Part shown: positions 45,601-54,233 of the stretch, piece by piece
Numbering within the stretch: position 1 is the stretch's first letter
Layout: each line of letters starts with the position of its first letter
Origin: a virus
Virus record (IMG/VR): IMGVR_UViG_3300043446_003193
Location: 1-64,000 of that record
Direction: 5' to 3' (one strand)
Length of the DNA stretch: 64,000 nucleotides
Notes under the pieces: generated by a model
Database searches by the model: none
What the model saw: the letters and a program-made list of their open reading frames with translations, nothing else
What the model was told of the DNA's origin: nothing
Position numbers and translations under genes: made by a program

Positions 45601-45967
45601 TTTTGGTTCCTGTCACAACTACATCTTTCAAAGAAGTTGCTTCACTTAATAACTTAAAGTCTACGTTTGATGTAACACCTAATTGAGTGTTTACATCTTT
45701 CTCTTCTCCTTTTCTAAATCCTACAAACGAAGCATGGATTGTATATGGTCCACCTACTCTTACGGCAGGTAAAACATAAACACCATTTTTGTTTGTAACC
45801 GATTTGTACTCTGTACCTGTCGGTGTATGTGTAGCGTGAATTGTTGCACCTACTAACACCTCATTTTTTTCGTTCTTAACAACACCAGAAATAGTAGAAG
45901 TGGTAACTTGACCAAATCCAATTAAAACTGATACTGAAAGGAACAACGATAGAATCGCTTTTTTCAT
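42686..45967 (-). CDS. TonB-dependent receptor with N-terminal carboxypeptidase-regulatory-like domain (SusC/RagA-type architecture, 1093 aa)
   Basis: Signal peptide ending FGQ; CarbD-like ISGVVKNEKNEVLVGATI; plug DVVVTG...RRELTSIPITGARTINGITKYNPLG; long beta-barrel. Confidence 0.75.
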   Translation of the reverse strand: MKKAILSLFLSVSVLIGFGQVTTSTISGVVKNEKNEVLVGATIHATHTPTGTEYKSVTNKNGVYVLPAVRVGGPYTIHASFVGFRKGEEKDVNTQLGVTSNVDFKLLSEATSLKDVVVTGTKNNLFSKDRTGAAQVFSRRELTSIPITGARTINGITKYNPLGDGSSFGAQDSRLNNFTIDGSQFNNNFGLGSSAQAGGRTGSSAISLDAIEQLQVNVAPFDIRQSGFTGAGINAVTRSGTNKVEGSYYQTQRDNSSRYVGNSAAGVPVTASKFDEKVTGFRLGAPIIKNKLFIFGNYEQLEKTEPGTTWTSAGSPLGGAQPTRVKYDDLKTLSDFMKDKFNYVTGPWEGYSNTNASKKFLVRVDWNINDKHKLTARYVHHNSDAEINISNSQSAGAGNRTTIFNSMSYKNSGYIIMDNTRSAVVELNSKFSNTLHNNLIVGYDKQIEDRAYMTGVFPTIDIADGTSARVNYISTGFDPFTPGNKLDYNTFHITDNLTKYADKHTFTLGFNYEKYQSNNLFYPASNGVYIFNSLADFYKAANESLANGGKPSTTAPYRFQYRYSALPGAVDPMQVLKTQRLDLYGQDEYQALQNLKLTFGLRTAIIGFENTALENKAVTAMTFAGGEKFNTATLPKTQLLWEPRFGFNWDVKNDKKTQVRGGTGVFTGRPPYVFVSNQVGNNGVLTGFIDVSGAAASQYGFTANPEKYFIPSTPTLPSTFDLAFTDPNYKFPQVWKTNLAVDQKLPLGLVGSVEYLYNKTLNAVHYYNANLDAPIGKFSGADQRALYARTDAGVRVNDNVSMGAVLTNNDESFYNALSVKLEKPYSKGFFGSIAYTKSNAEDFMSAGSIASGTWQSIRSINGNNNPILSNSDFVVPDRAVGLLGYRIEYGKKGYGAATSVTIGYVGQRSGSTSYFVAGDLNGDRVNNNELIYVPKSMTEVKFAPLVVGTKTYTEAEQQAAFWNYINQDDYLSTRKGQYAERNGSFLPWLHRFDLSVVQDFYVNVKGDRNTIQLRFDILNFGNMVNEDWGVSQRFTNPAILTYSSVVNNEPVYKFATQRLLDGSTVLLKDTYSKNSSVFDVWTAQFGIRYIFGK

Positions 45968-45991
45968 GTTTGTTTGTTTTTGTTAAAAAAT

Positions 45992-46024
45992 AAAAGGGGT
46001 GGAGATATTACTTTCCACCCCATT
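45992..46024 (-). terminator. terminator hairpin GGGGTGGA...TCCACCCC
   Basis: Read from sequence between 46029..46211 and the TonB-dependent receptor gene start. Confidence 0.5.
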
Positions 46025-46028
46025 GGGT

Positions 46029-46211
46029 TTATTGACTGCTTTTAGTTTCTTCTACTGAGGCCTGGCGATAATCCGTCACAACTTTTTTCAAGTCGCCGAT
46101 TAAAGTACGGGCGTTTTTTTGTGATACTTTTGTTGTCTTGTTGTGTTCTACTTCAAATTGTTCCCACAATTGTTTCATTGTTTGGAATAATTGTTCTTTT
46201 TTACTAGCCAT
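46029..46211 (-). CDS. hypothetical small protein (60 aa)
   Basis: ORF track. Confidence 0.35.
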   Translation of the reverse strand: MASKKEQLFQTMKQLWEQFEVEHNKTTKVSQKNARTLIGDLKKVVTDYRQASVEETKSSQ

Positions 46212-46236
46212 AATTGCTGTTTTTTGTTTGTTAACT

Positions 46237-46268
46237 AAATATACGGAAAATATTTGATATTACCAAAT
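46237..46268 (-). promoter_or_regulatory. promoter motif
   Basis: rc reads ATTTGGTAATATCAAATATTTTCCGTATATTTA. Confidence 0.45.
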
Positions 46269-46468
46269 TATCTTCCTCTTCTTCTACGAAGTTCTACTTC
46301 TTTTAGATATGATGATTTCCACTTATATTCAACCGAAACGGGCCCATTTGGGAATTTGTTTAAATCATATTTCCAAATTGAAGTACTTTCTTCATCTTCA
46401 AATATGTATTCAAATTTTGTTGGTTTTTCCGTTTTACTTAAGTTTTCTTTAGAAGGTTTTAGACCCAT
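46268..46468 (-). CDS. hypothetical small protein (66 aa)
   Basis: ORF track. Confidence 0.35.
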   Translation of the reverse strand: MGLKPSKENLSKTEKPTKFEYIFEDEESTSIWKYDLNKFPNGPVSVEYKWKSSYLKEVELRRRRGR

Positions 46469-46472
46469 AACT

Positions 46473-47033
46473 TTAACTTACTTTATAATCTTCTTTTAGT
46501 TTTTCTAAAAATAATTCAATTCCTTTATTATGATTTTCTGTCCAATCTTTATGATTACCACTATCACTTATATATTTGTATGCTGTAAAATCAAATCCGT
46601 AAATTTTACATACTTTTGCAATTGAGTATGCCTCCATATCACATATTCTATTTGGTGATTTTTCAAATTTGTCCTGTGTGTGACAAGTATAATATCCTAA
46701 TCCGTTAAAATCAATAGATTCATTTACTAAATTTAATTTATTCCAAACAATTTCATCAAATGGTGTAATTGTTTTTTTAGCAAATGGCCTTGCATCCATA
46801 TCTCTTTGAACAAAAGTCTTACACTTAAATAATTTATTAAACATAGTACTGTGCCCACCTGCCGAACCATAGTTAATAACGATTGTATCTGCTGGTGATA
46901 AATCTTTAAGAACCTCAGTAGCTTTTATAGCTGAATTAATTTTACCAACTCCCGTATAGATAATATCAACCCCTAAAGGTGCTTTTTCTTTTGGAAACTC
47001 ACTTGGTAATGCTACAAATAATTTTATTCTCAT
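46473..47033 (-). CDS. mtnN: 5'-methylthioadenosine/S-adenosylhomocysteine nucleosidase (MtnN/Pfs-like)
   Basis: Collinear with E. coli Pfs: YTGVGKINSAIKATEVL, INYGSAGG, DMEAYSIAKVC, YISDSG. Start trimmed to MRIKLF. Confidence 0.7.
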   Translation of the reverse strand: MRIKLFVALPSEFPKEKAPLGVDIIYTGVGKINSAIKATEVLKDLSPADTIVINYGSAGGHSTMFNKLFKCKTFVQRDMDARPFAKKTITPFDEIVWNKLNLVNESIDFNGLGYYTCHTQDKFEKSPNRICDMEAYSIAKVCKIYGFDFTAYKYISDSGNHKDWTENHNKGIELFLEKLKEDYKVS

Positions 47034-47362
47034 AATGCAAAACTTTCTCCACAACCACAAGTTCTACTTGCGTTGGGATTTACCCATTGAAAACCTTTAC
47101 CATTTAAACCATCCGAATATTGTAATTCAGTTCCATATAGGTACAACATTGATTTTCTATCTATTACCACTTTTAATCCACCTTCAAATTCAAACCAATC
47201 ATCCATTTCGGTAATCTTATCATCAAAGTCCATTGTATAAGTAAGACCGGAGCAACCACCACCTTTTACACCAACTCTTAAGTTATGAGTATCTGGTGTA
47301 ATATCACTTTCTACCATTAATTGTAGAATATGATTTAGTGCTTTTTCGTTTACTTCTATCAT
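47030..47362 (-). CDS. iscA: Fe-S cluster insertion protein IscA/HesB family
   Basis: GGGCSGLTY ... C-terminal CGCGESF motif. Confidence 0.7.
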   Translation of the reverse strand: MIEVNEKALNHILQLMVESDITPDTHNLRVGVKGGGCSGLTYTMDFDDKITEMDDWFEFEGGLKVVIDRKSMLYLYGTELQYSDGLNGKGFQWVNPNASRTCGCGESFAL

Positions 47363-47769
47363 ATGTGTGATTCTTCAAAAATTAATTCTTCTAATCCTTG
47401 TTTCTTTCTATAATCGTTGATTGCTGATTTGATTGCATCTTCTGCCAAAACTGAACAATGGATTTTTACTGGAGGTAAATTTAATTCCTCTACTAAATCC
47501 ATATTATCAATGGTAACGGCTTCATCCAAACTCTTTCCTTTTAACCATTCAGTTGCCAAAGAACTAGCTGCGATTGCCGAACCACATCCAAAGGTTTTGA
47601 ACTTAGCATCAGTTATGATACCATCGTTCACTTCAATTTGTAATCTCATTACATCACCACACTCTGGAGCACCTACTAATCCCGTTCCCACATTATTTTT
47701 AGATTTGTCCAAAGTTCCTACATTTTTAGGATTTGAATAGTGGTCTAAAACTTTATCACTATATGCCAT
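47359..47769 (-). CDS. iscU: Fe-S cluster scaffold IscU/NifU N-domain
   Basis: GAPECGDVMRLQIEV, GCGSAIAASS, HCSVLAEDAIKSAI conserved Cys motifs. Confidence 0.8.
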   Translation of the reverse strand: MAYSDKVLDHYSNPKNVGTLDKSKNNVGTGLVGAPECGDVMRLQIEVNDGIITDAKFKTFGCGSAIAASSLATEWLKGKSLDEAVTIDNMDLVEELNLPPVKIHCSVLAEDAIKSAINDYRKKQGLEELIFEESHI

Positions 47770-47820
47770 AATACTTCATTTACTCTTATAAATATAAATA
47801 AAAAACTTCAGTTTTCCAAA

Positions 47821-48366
47821 TTAATTTACATTCTTTCTTATAATCTTAAGTCTTACATCACCAACTAAAAGGAAATAACAATTATAACAAAGACTTCTGA
47901 TATTGTCTATTTTTCTATTTGTAGGGTCACCATCTATGAAATCAATTAATATAGGTGATTTGTTATCTGATATTCTTTTTTCTTCAAATCCACAACAAGA
48001 ACATGCTTCAGGAATTTGCCCACTATCAAATATTTTCTTTTTATATTTCCAAAGCGGATAATCAATATATTTGCCATCCAACAAATCTTCCAAATTGTAT
48101 TTACGATTGCGAATACCACCACCTTTATTAATACCAATTCCTTTTGGATTTTTTAGGTCTTCAAAAATACCATAAAGTTTTGCCCACTTTTTATAAGTGT
48201 TATATGATATACCTAATGTTCTCGCTGCTTCAAATGCAGAACGAGATGCAGCTTGAGCCGCTTTAATTTGTGATTCTAAAATAGGACGAGCTCCTAACCC
48301 TCTTTTTGTTATTTTCTCTCCAGCTTCTAAATTGGGAAAGAAACTTTCATTTTCTTCATTTTCCAT
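47821..48366 (-). CDS. HNH-family endonuclease paralog with substituted catalytic residues (His to Phe; terminal His to Tyr), N-terminal HTH
   Basis: LIDFIDGDPTNRKIDNIRSLCYNCY versus ELDHIDGDRTNHRLENLRIICPNCH in the 15337 HNH; HTH AARTLGISYNTYKKWAKLYG parallels the 15337 N-terminus. Confidence 0.55.
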   Translation of the reverse strand: MENEENESFFPNLEAGEKITKRGLGARPILESQIKAAQAASRSAFEAARTLGISYNTYKKWAKLYGIFEDLKNPKGIGINKGGGIRNRKYNLEDLLDGKYIDYPLWKYKKKIFDSGQIPEACSCCGFEEKRISDNKSPILIDFIDGDPTNRKIDNIRSLCYNCYFLLVGDVRLKIIRKNVN

Positions 48367-48399
48367 ATTAATAACTATTTTTTGTTACTAATAAGTATA

Positions 48400-48846
48400 T
48401 CAAATTAAAATTTTTATTAATTTTTTGAAAGTTTCATCTGGAGATTCTGATGTATCTAAATCTAAATAATATTTAACCGGTGGTTCATAATCTTCTACAA
48501 AAAATTGTTCTCTACCTCTCATTTTTTTAGTATGACAGTATATTTCTTGTACTTTACATTCTTCTTTAAACTTTTCTCTTAATTCTCTATAAGGTGATAC
48601 TAATGATACAACAACATCATGTCCAGTTGAATCCAAATATTTAGCAATATCCATTGCTTTTTGAATATTTTTTTCTCTACCTACTTTTGAATAATCTGTA
48701 TTTGGGAATAATTCTCTTAGTTGGTCACCGTCTATATGAAATACGGTTTTTCTCCAATTTTTTTTATCCGTTTGTAACCACATTTGTAACTTCTTAGCCA
48801 AAGTAGTTTTACCACTACCCGGTTGTCCAGTAAACCAATAAATCAT
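48400..48846 (-). CDS. P-loop kinase (polynucleotide kinase / dNMP kinase-like)
   Basis: Walker A GQPGSGKTTLAKKL; short 148 aa; adjacent to HAD phosphatase. Confidence 0.55.
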   Translation of the reverse strand: MIYWFTGQPGSGKTTLAKKLQMWLQTDKKNWRKTVFHIDGDQLRELFPNTDYSKVGREKNIQKAMDIAKYLDSTGHDVVVSLVSPYRELREKFKEECKVQEIYCHTKKMRGREQFFVEDYEPPVKYYLDLDTSESPDETFKKLIKILI

Positions 48847-48849
48847 AAC

Positions 48850-49695
48850 TTATTTATTTTTTAATGCGAACTGTGCCGCTTTATATGCTTTTGTATCTTT
48901 ATCGTATGCAAGTGCTGTTTTTATTTTAACCATATTACCTGTTTCTGGATTTTTAATTTTCTTATCCATATCTTTTGGTAACAATGATTTTAAACGCATA
49001 TCATTACCTTTTGGTGTTTCCTTTTTACTCACTTCTTTTTCTTTTTGAGTGTGATTGAATTTCTTTTCAGGAGCCTTTGGTATATCATGTTTTACATGAT
49101 TAACCTTCATTTTAATATTAGGATATTTTTCTTTTAATTTAGAAACTGCTGCTACATTTTTATGAGAATCGTCTATAAAAAATACATCATTGTATCCCTT
49201 CTTAATTTTATCTTCAATCCAATCTGCTTTCTTTTGTGGGTCAGAATCACCCAATGCAACTACATACATTCCTTCTAAACCAATATCGTGTAAATAATCT
49301 TTAACTGGTTTGTATGCACTTCTTGCTGTAAGAATTACAACCTTTCTTTCACCTTCTGCTCTTGCAATAGTTTTTAATAATTTTGTAACACCTTTAATTT
49401 CTTGTGGTTGATTTACTTTTTCAAAATCAGAGAAATCAAATTGATCATCTGATTTAGGTTCATATACTGCGTATTCACCAGGAGTTAATTTAGATTCTTT
49501 ACCATCACCATGCTTAACATAGATATGTGATTTTGTTTTAACTAATGTATCATCAAAATCAAATACTCTTAATTTTTTATTTGTATCCGCTTCATTCACA
49601 GGATTAAATGCAAATGCATTTAAATTTGAATATACTTTACCAAATTCAACCTTTAGGCCATTCCACATTCCTTCTATGAATCCGTTTTTACCCAT
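48850..49695 (-). CDS. HAD-superfamily phosphatase (PNK 3'-phosphatase-like)
   Basis: Motif I VFDFDDTLV; Lys-rich C-terminus. Confidence 0.55.
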   Translation of the reverse strand: MGKNGFIEGMWNGLKVEFGKVYSNLNAFAFNPVNEADTNKKLRVFDFDDTLVKTKSHIYVKHGDGKESKLTPGEYAVYEPKSDDQFDFSDFEKVNQPQEIKGVTKLLKTIARAEGERKVVILTARSAYKPVKDYLHDIGLEGMYVVALGDSDPQKKADWIEDKIKKGYNDVFFIDDSHKNVAAVSKLKEKYPNIKMKVNHVKHDIPKAPEKKFNHTQKEKEVSKKETPKGNDMRLKSLLPKDMDKKIKNPETGNMVKIKTALAYDKDTKAYKAAQFALKNK

Positions 49696-50002
49696 TCAAT
49701 AAAGTCTTTTTTGTTTTATTCTTTTTAGAAAGTTCTTCGTTTTCTTTTGTAAGATACTCTACCTTAACCGTCAATGCTGCTACTTGCTTTGTTAAATCTA
49801 AAATCATATTTCTCATTTCATCTTTTTCTTTAGATGACTGAGCCAATAAAGCTTCTAATTTTGCAATACGGTCTTTGCAATCGTGTCTGATAAATTCATC
49901 ATCTCTCTCCTTTCTCATTGCTCTCTTTTCATAGAAACGAAATGCAGTTGTACCACCTAATACTGTGATTGCTGTAATAATTACTGAATATATGTTTTCC
50001 AT
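49688..50002 (-). CDS. membrane-anchored coiled-coil protein (104 aa)
   Basis: N-terminal TM helix, then a heptad region. Confidence 0.45.
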   Translation of the reverse strand: MENIYSVIITAITVLGGTTAFRFYEKRAMRKERDDEFIRHDCKDRIAKLEALLAQSSKEKDEMRNMILDLTKQVAALTVKVEYLTKENEELSKKNKTKKTLLNG

Positions 50003-50382
50003 TATGCTTCTTTATCACCTAATTCATGATAGCCGGTGTTAGCTTGATTGATAAATTGCATTGCCTGTGAGATATGGTCTTGTATCCAACCTGGTAAATT
50101 CATTTCTTGTTCTCCGATTTTACCTTTAAGTTCGGTTGCATTTTTAATAATATCATCCAATTGACCTCCTGCCATAGATACTTCGTGATCATTGGTTTCT
50201 GGGCCTTCACTTATTTTATGTTTAAGTAATTCTGTCATTTTATTGAACACTTGTTCACCACCATTTTCACCTAAACGATATGCTCCACCTAATTTTTCGT
50301 AAATCTGAATTTTATTTTTCATTGGAATATCCTTTTCAGCAAGTTTATTCCAAATTTTTGGATGAGTTACTTCAAACTTCAT
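50002..50382 (-). CDS. hypothetical protein (126 aa)
   Basis: ORF track. Confidence 0.45.
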   Translation of the reverse strand: MKFEVTHPKIWNKLAEKDIPMKNKIQIYEKLGGAYRLGENGGEQVFNKMTELLKHKISEGPETNDHEVSMAGGQLDDIIKNATELKGKIGEQEMNLPGWIQDHISQAMQFINQANTGYHELGDKEA

Positions 50383-50419
50383 ATTATTTTGTTTTGTATA
50401 TACTCATATAAATATACTC

Positions 50420-51520
50420 TTATTTAAGTTTAATTAAATCCGATTGATATTCTTTCAAAGATTTTATGTTTATCTTAAAAATATCATATTCCATTTCACC
50501 AATTTCTCCACTTTCTTTTATTATTAACGGCAGTTGTAATAAAAAGTTTATATTTTGATTATTTAATTTATTGCAATCAAATTCTACAATTATATCATTA
50601 TTCAATTCAATACTATTATCAATTGAAATATCTGAACAATATGGCTCTAATATATTATAAACATCTTCTCTATTATTTATCAAATTAAATCCAATATTAT
50701 ATTTTGGTGCAGGTGTTGGTGTGTGGTTATAATCAAAAATTGGGTCTGTACCAAATTTCTTAACATAAATTCTTCTAGTCTTTTCCATCTGTTCTCTATA
50801 TCCATCATTTTCAATTCCAACTCCCTTTGTCCACTTATGTCCTCGTTGTGTAAAATGGTAAACCAATGCATCTCTACTCTGAATAAAGTTAAATCCAGCC
50901 AATGCCATTCTGGTAAACAAATCACTATCTTCATAACCATAAGGTGCGTATATAGGGTCGTGGCCACCAATCTTATCAAAGTATTCATCTTTCAATAAAA
51001 ACCAAGGTGCAAATATTCCATTGGTAGTTTTATCTTCAGATTGATATCTCATTTCGTATACAAAGTTATCAAATGAATCTTTTTTAAAATCTTCTGGATA
51101 CATTCCAAAATCTTCAATAATCTTTTCTCCACCTGGTGGGTGTAGTGGTGGCTCAATACATGTACCACATACTATATTTCCCATTCTAAGGTGTTTTAAG
51201 ATGTTTTCAAAGAAGTTTGAACCAACTACCATATCAGCATGTAAAATACCGATAATCTTCCCCGTTGCCTCTTTAAATCCCCTATCATAAAGAATAGTAT
51301 GCCCTACTCTTTCTTGTAAGATATGAATTATTAGATTTTTATCTTTTAAAGATAATAACCATTCTTTTGTACCATCATTACTACCATCTGAAAATATAAT
51401 TAATTCTACTTCATCCGATAAAACTCTTATTGAGGAGTATACCAATTTTAAGTATTCTAAATTATTATAGCTTGGTATTACTACTGATATATCTTTTAAT
51501 TCGTACATATTATTCTCCAT
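50420..51520 (-). CDS. glycosyltransferase family 2
   Basis: ISVVIPSYNNLEYLK...IIFSDGSNDGT GT-A N-terminal signature. Confidence 0.7.
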   Translation of the reverse strand: MENNMYELKDISVVIPSYNNLEYLKLVYSSIRVLSDEVELIIFSDGSNDGTKEWLLSLKDKNLIIHILQERVGHTILYDRGFKEATGKIIGILHADMVVGSNFFENILKHLRMGNIVCGTCIEPPLHPPGGEKIIEDFGMYPEDFKKDSFDNFVYEMRYQSEDKTTNGIFAPWFLLKDEYFDKIGGHDPIYAPYGYEDSDLFTRMALAGFNFIQSRDALVYHFTQRGHKWTKGVGIENDGYREQMEKTRRIYVKKFGTDPIFDYNHTPTPAPKYNIGFNLINNREDVYNILEPYCSDISIDNSIELNNDIIVEFDCNKLNNQNINFLLQLPLIIKESGEIGEMEYDIFKINIKSLKEYQSDLIKLK

Positions 51521-52199
51521 TTATTCCGTGAATGATGTGTCTATCCCAACCGATATGTTCAATGTATGAGTCTAGAAATCTCATAGCTATTCTACCTCTT
51601 TTTGCATATTCAACAGATATATCACATTCCAATGTAACACCACCACTTTTTTCTGCAGGAGTTATTCTTTCACACCCATCATATCCATTTGGTAATTCTT
51701 TCCAATCACTTAATCTTTTTAATCCAGGATTTAAACTAAATCCATTCCATATTCCAGTATATTTAACCAATACCATTTTTAAATTACCTAATTCATATAC
51801 ACCATCTTCCCAAGGGTGTGGTAATGTTTTATCATCTATGCCTCTCAACCATACCTGTAAAATATTGTCATCTGCTTCTAATACTTGAAGTGATGCTTCT
51901 ATGAATCCAGGTTTCAAAAATAACCAATCTTCTTCCATGTGAAAAATGTATTCAGTATCTACCATTGAATACGCTGCATCTATTGATTTTATTTGAAACA
52001 ATTTTGGGTCATTATATATTAATTCAATTGGAAATTCATATTTTGTTTTTACAAAATCATTGCACCCAAAATTCATACCATCATCTATGATAATAAATCT
52101 TTTAATTGGATATGTGTTCATTTCAAAAAAACTATCCAATGTTTTTTCTAATAAATCTGCTCTATTACAAGCCGTTAGTACTACCGTAACTTCTTTCAT
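51510..52199 (-). CDS. glycosyltransferase (GT2-like)
   Basis: VTVVLTACNRADLLEKTL...FIIIDDG. Confidence 0.55.
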   Translation of the reverse strand: MKEVTVVLTACNRADLLEKTLDSFFEMNTYPIKRFIIIDDGMNFGCNDFVKTKYEFPIELIYNDPKLFQIKSIDAAYSMVDTEYIFHMEEDWLFLKPGFIEASLQVLEADDNILQVWLRGIDDKTLPHPWEDGVYELGNLKMVLVKYTGIWNGFSLNPGLKRLSDWKELPNGYDGCERITPAEKSGGVTLECDISVEYAKRGRIAMRFLDSYIEHIGWDRHIIHGINGE

Positions 52200-53076
52200 A
52201 AAAATTTTTTAATTCGTTTGGAAAATTATCCGTTGCTATTTTTGTAAACTCTTGCTTTTTGCTTTTACTTGCTATGTATTTTTTAATAGTTTGGTTTGCT
52301 CTATTAATATAACTTTCTCCTATTATTAAATTTTCTAATACAAATTGAGAAACATTATCACCTTTTGATTTCATTATTTTAGAACATTCCGAAATAAAAG
52401 TATCCTCTAAACCATAATGACCTAAACTATCTGGTATACCCATTCTATCCAATAAAGTTTTTGGTAGTAATGTAAACCATCCTCCTGCAAATTTTATTGT
52501 TTCAATTTCTTTAACATTTACTTCCTGTATTTGTGGTAATCCATCTTTGTAAACATTTGATGATTCATGATAATTCAATGGATATGATAAATAATTTTCA
52601 TTTACTACAACATCCCAACTCGTATCCCATTGTTTTACAAATTGTGGAGTTACTATAAAATTATTTATTCCATTTTCGTTAATCATTTGATAAGCAGAAG
52701 TGATATAATATAAAGTTGTATCTTTGAATATAAAATCACAATCTAACCAAATAAAAAAATTGGCATCTGGATTATTATTTAAACTATATCTTCTTTGTGA
52801 TACACAACCTAATATTTCATTGGTATCATGTATTATTTCCCATTCACACCAATCTAAATATTTTTCACACAATTCAATTGAACGCTCTTTAATATATTCT
52901 TTTGGTAATTTAGAATTTTCCCAATCGGTTAATTCTTCTGATGTGCACAATGTAATTTCTACTTTGTACTTAACTGATGTATCAACAAATGCCGAATTTC
53001 TTTTCAACATATTTAAAGTTAATGCTAAATCTTCTAATTCTTGCGGCATTGCAAATATTGTTATAACTCCTTTCAT
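52165..53076 (-). CDS. putative glycosyltransferase / hypothetical
   Basis: DxD-like WLDCDF; weak. Confidence 0.35.
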   Translation of the reverse strand: MKGVITIFAMPQELEDLALTLNMLKRNSAFVDTSVKYKVEITLCTSEELTDWENSKLPKEYIKERSIELCEKYLDWCEWEIIHDTNEILGCVSQRRYSLNNNPDANFFIWLDCDFIFKDTTLYYITSAYQMINENGINNFIVTPQFVKQWDTSWDVVVNENYLSYPLNYHESSNVYKDGLPQIQEVNVKEIETIKFAGGWFTLLPKTLLDRMGIPDSLGHYGLEDTFISECSKIMKSKGDNVSQFVLENLIIGESYINRANQTIKKYIASKSKKQEFTKIATDNFPNELKNFYERSYGSTNGL

Positions 53077-53804
53077 TATCTTATAATTTGTCCGTCAGCA
53101 TGTTGCATTTCGGTGTTATGAATTTCTACATCTACATTAGATTGAGTTAAATGCCATCTTAACAAATATTCATTTCTCAAACCACTATCTTGTCCTGGCC
53201 AACCTCCACTTAAGAATTTTGGATAATCTCTATCGTAGTTTAGATACCAATCTATTTTTGAATAAACTGACGAATATATTCCCATATTAGTTTTGTTACC
53301 AATAGCAAATACATCATAGTACCCTCTATGCTTAACTCTTTCATCCGTATCCCAATTCCATACATGCAATTTATTTGGGTCTAATTTTTCCAAATCTAAA
53401 GTTGAATTTTCGTATCGTATATCAAAACGACTTCTAATATAAAAATCATATTCTCCATCTACTAGATTATATGCTTCTGAAATTGAATACCACATTGATT
53501 TAGAGTTTTGAAGTGGTTGCCTCCACATTGGGTCAACAATACCTTTATCATCAAATACAATTGGTTCTTCAAATTTATGTTGTGCAGGTTTAAACATCTG
53601 CTCAATATCGTTTAAATACGATTCACTATATTTGTAAATTTGTTTTGGCCTATCATAGAAAAATTGAGTGGCTTCAAAGTTACCACCTTTCCAAGTATGT
53701 AGATAAACATTGCAATCATATTTATCCAAATACGATTTTTTTAATTCATCATATCCTAAATAATAATTTCTAGGTTGTCCCGATAATAATATTGCTACTT
53801 TCAT
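53076..53804 (-). CDS. hypothetical polysaccharide-biosynthesis-associated protein
   Basis: N-terminal MKVAILLSGQPR resembles LPS/capsule modification enzymes; weak. Confidence 0.35.
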   Translation of the reverse strand: MKVAILLSGQPRNYYLGYDELKKSYLDKYDCNVYLHTWKGGNFEATQFFYDRPKQIYKYSESYLNDIEQMFKPAQHKFEEPIVFDDKGIVDPMWRQPLQNSKSMWYSISEAYNLVDGEYDFYIRSRFDIRYENSTLDLEKLDPNKLHVWNWDTDERVKHRGYYDVFAIGNKTNMGIYSSVYSKIDWYLNYDRDYPKFLSGGWPGQDSGLRNEYLLRWHLTQSNVDVEIHNTEMQHADGQIIR

Positions 53805-54232
53805 TTAAATCTTTTTATATAATCTGAACAAATACCTTTACATAGAAGTACATTATCGTTTTCCAATTCAGGCATAACTGCTATACTATCTTTTATTGGT
53901 TGTTTACCGGGATATGCCCAAACATAATTTTTAGATGTAAGAGTTACAGTGTCAGTTTCGTGCCAAAAATAATGCAATTTAGTTTCTCTAACCCAATACA
54001 ATGCTTCTATATTTTTACAATGTACCCATAATTTATCAACCTTATCTTTAAAATATTCCCAAGTTATTTCGTATTGAGGTTCATCATGACCTAAATACAA
54101 TTTATCATCTACAACCCACAAATCAATCTCAACTTCGTATCCCAACTCCAATGCGGCTTCTATATAATTTGGATTGTTTTCGTATTCAGGTATTTTACCA
54201 TCAATATTTCCTCTATGTGATATCAGTATCAT
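53801..54232 (-). CDS. glycerophosphodiester phosphodiesterase-like (short)
   Basis: ISHRGN...E.D GDPD-type HRG motif. Confidence 0.4.
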   Translation of the reverse strand: MILISHRGNIDGKIPEYENNPNYIEAALELGYEVEIDLWVVDDKLYLGHDEPQYEITWEYFKDKVDKLWVHCKNIEALYWVRETKLHYFWHETDTVTLTSKNYVWAYPGKQPIKDSIAVMPELENDNVLLCKGICSDYIKRFK

Positions 54233-54233
54233 A

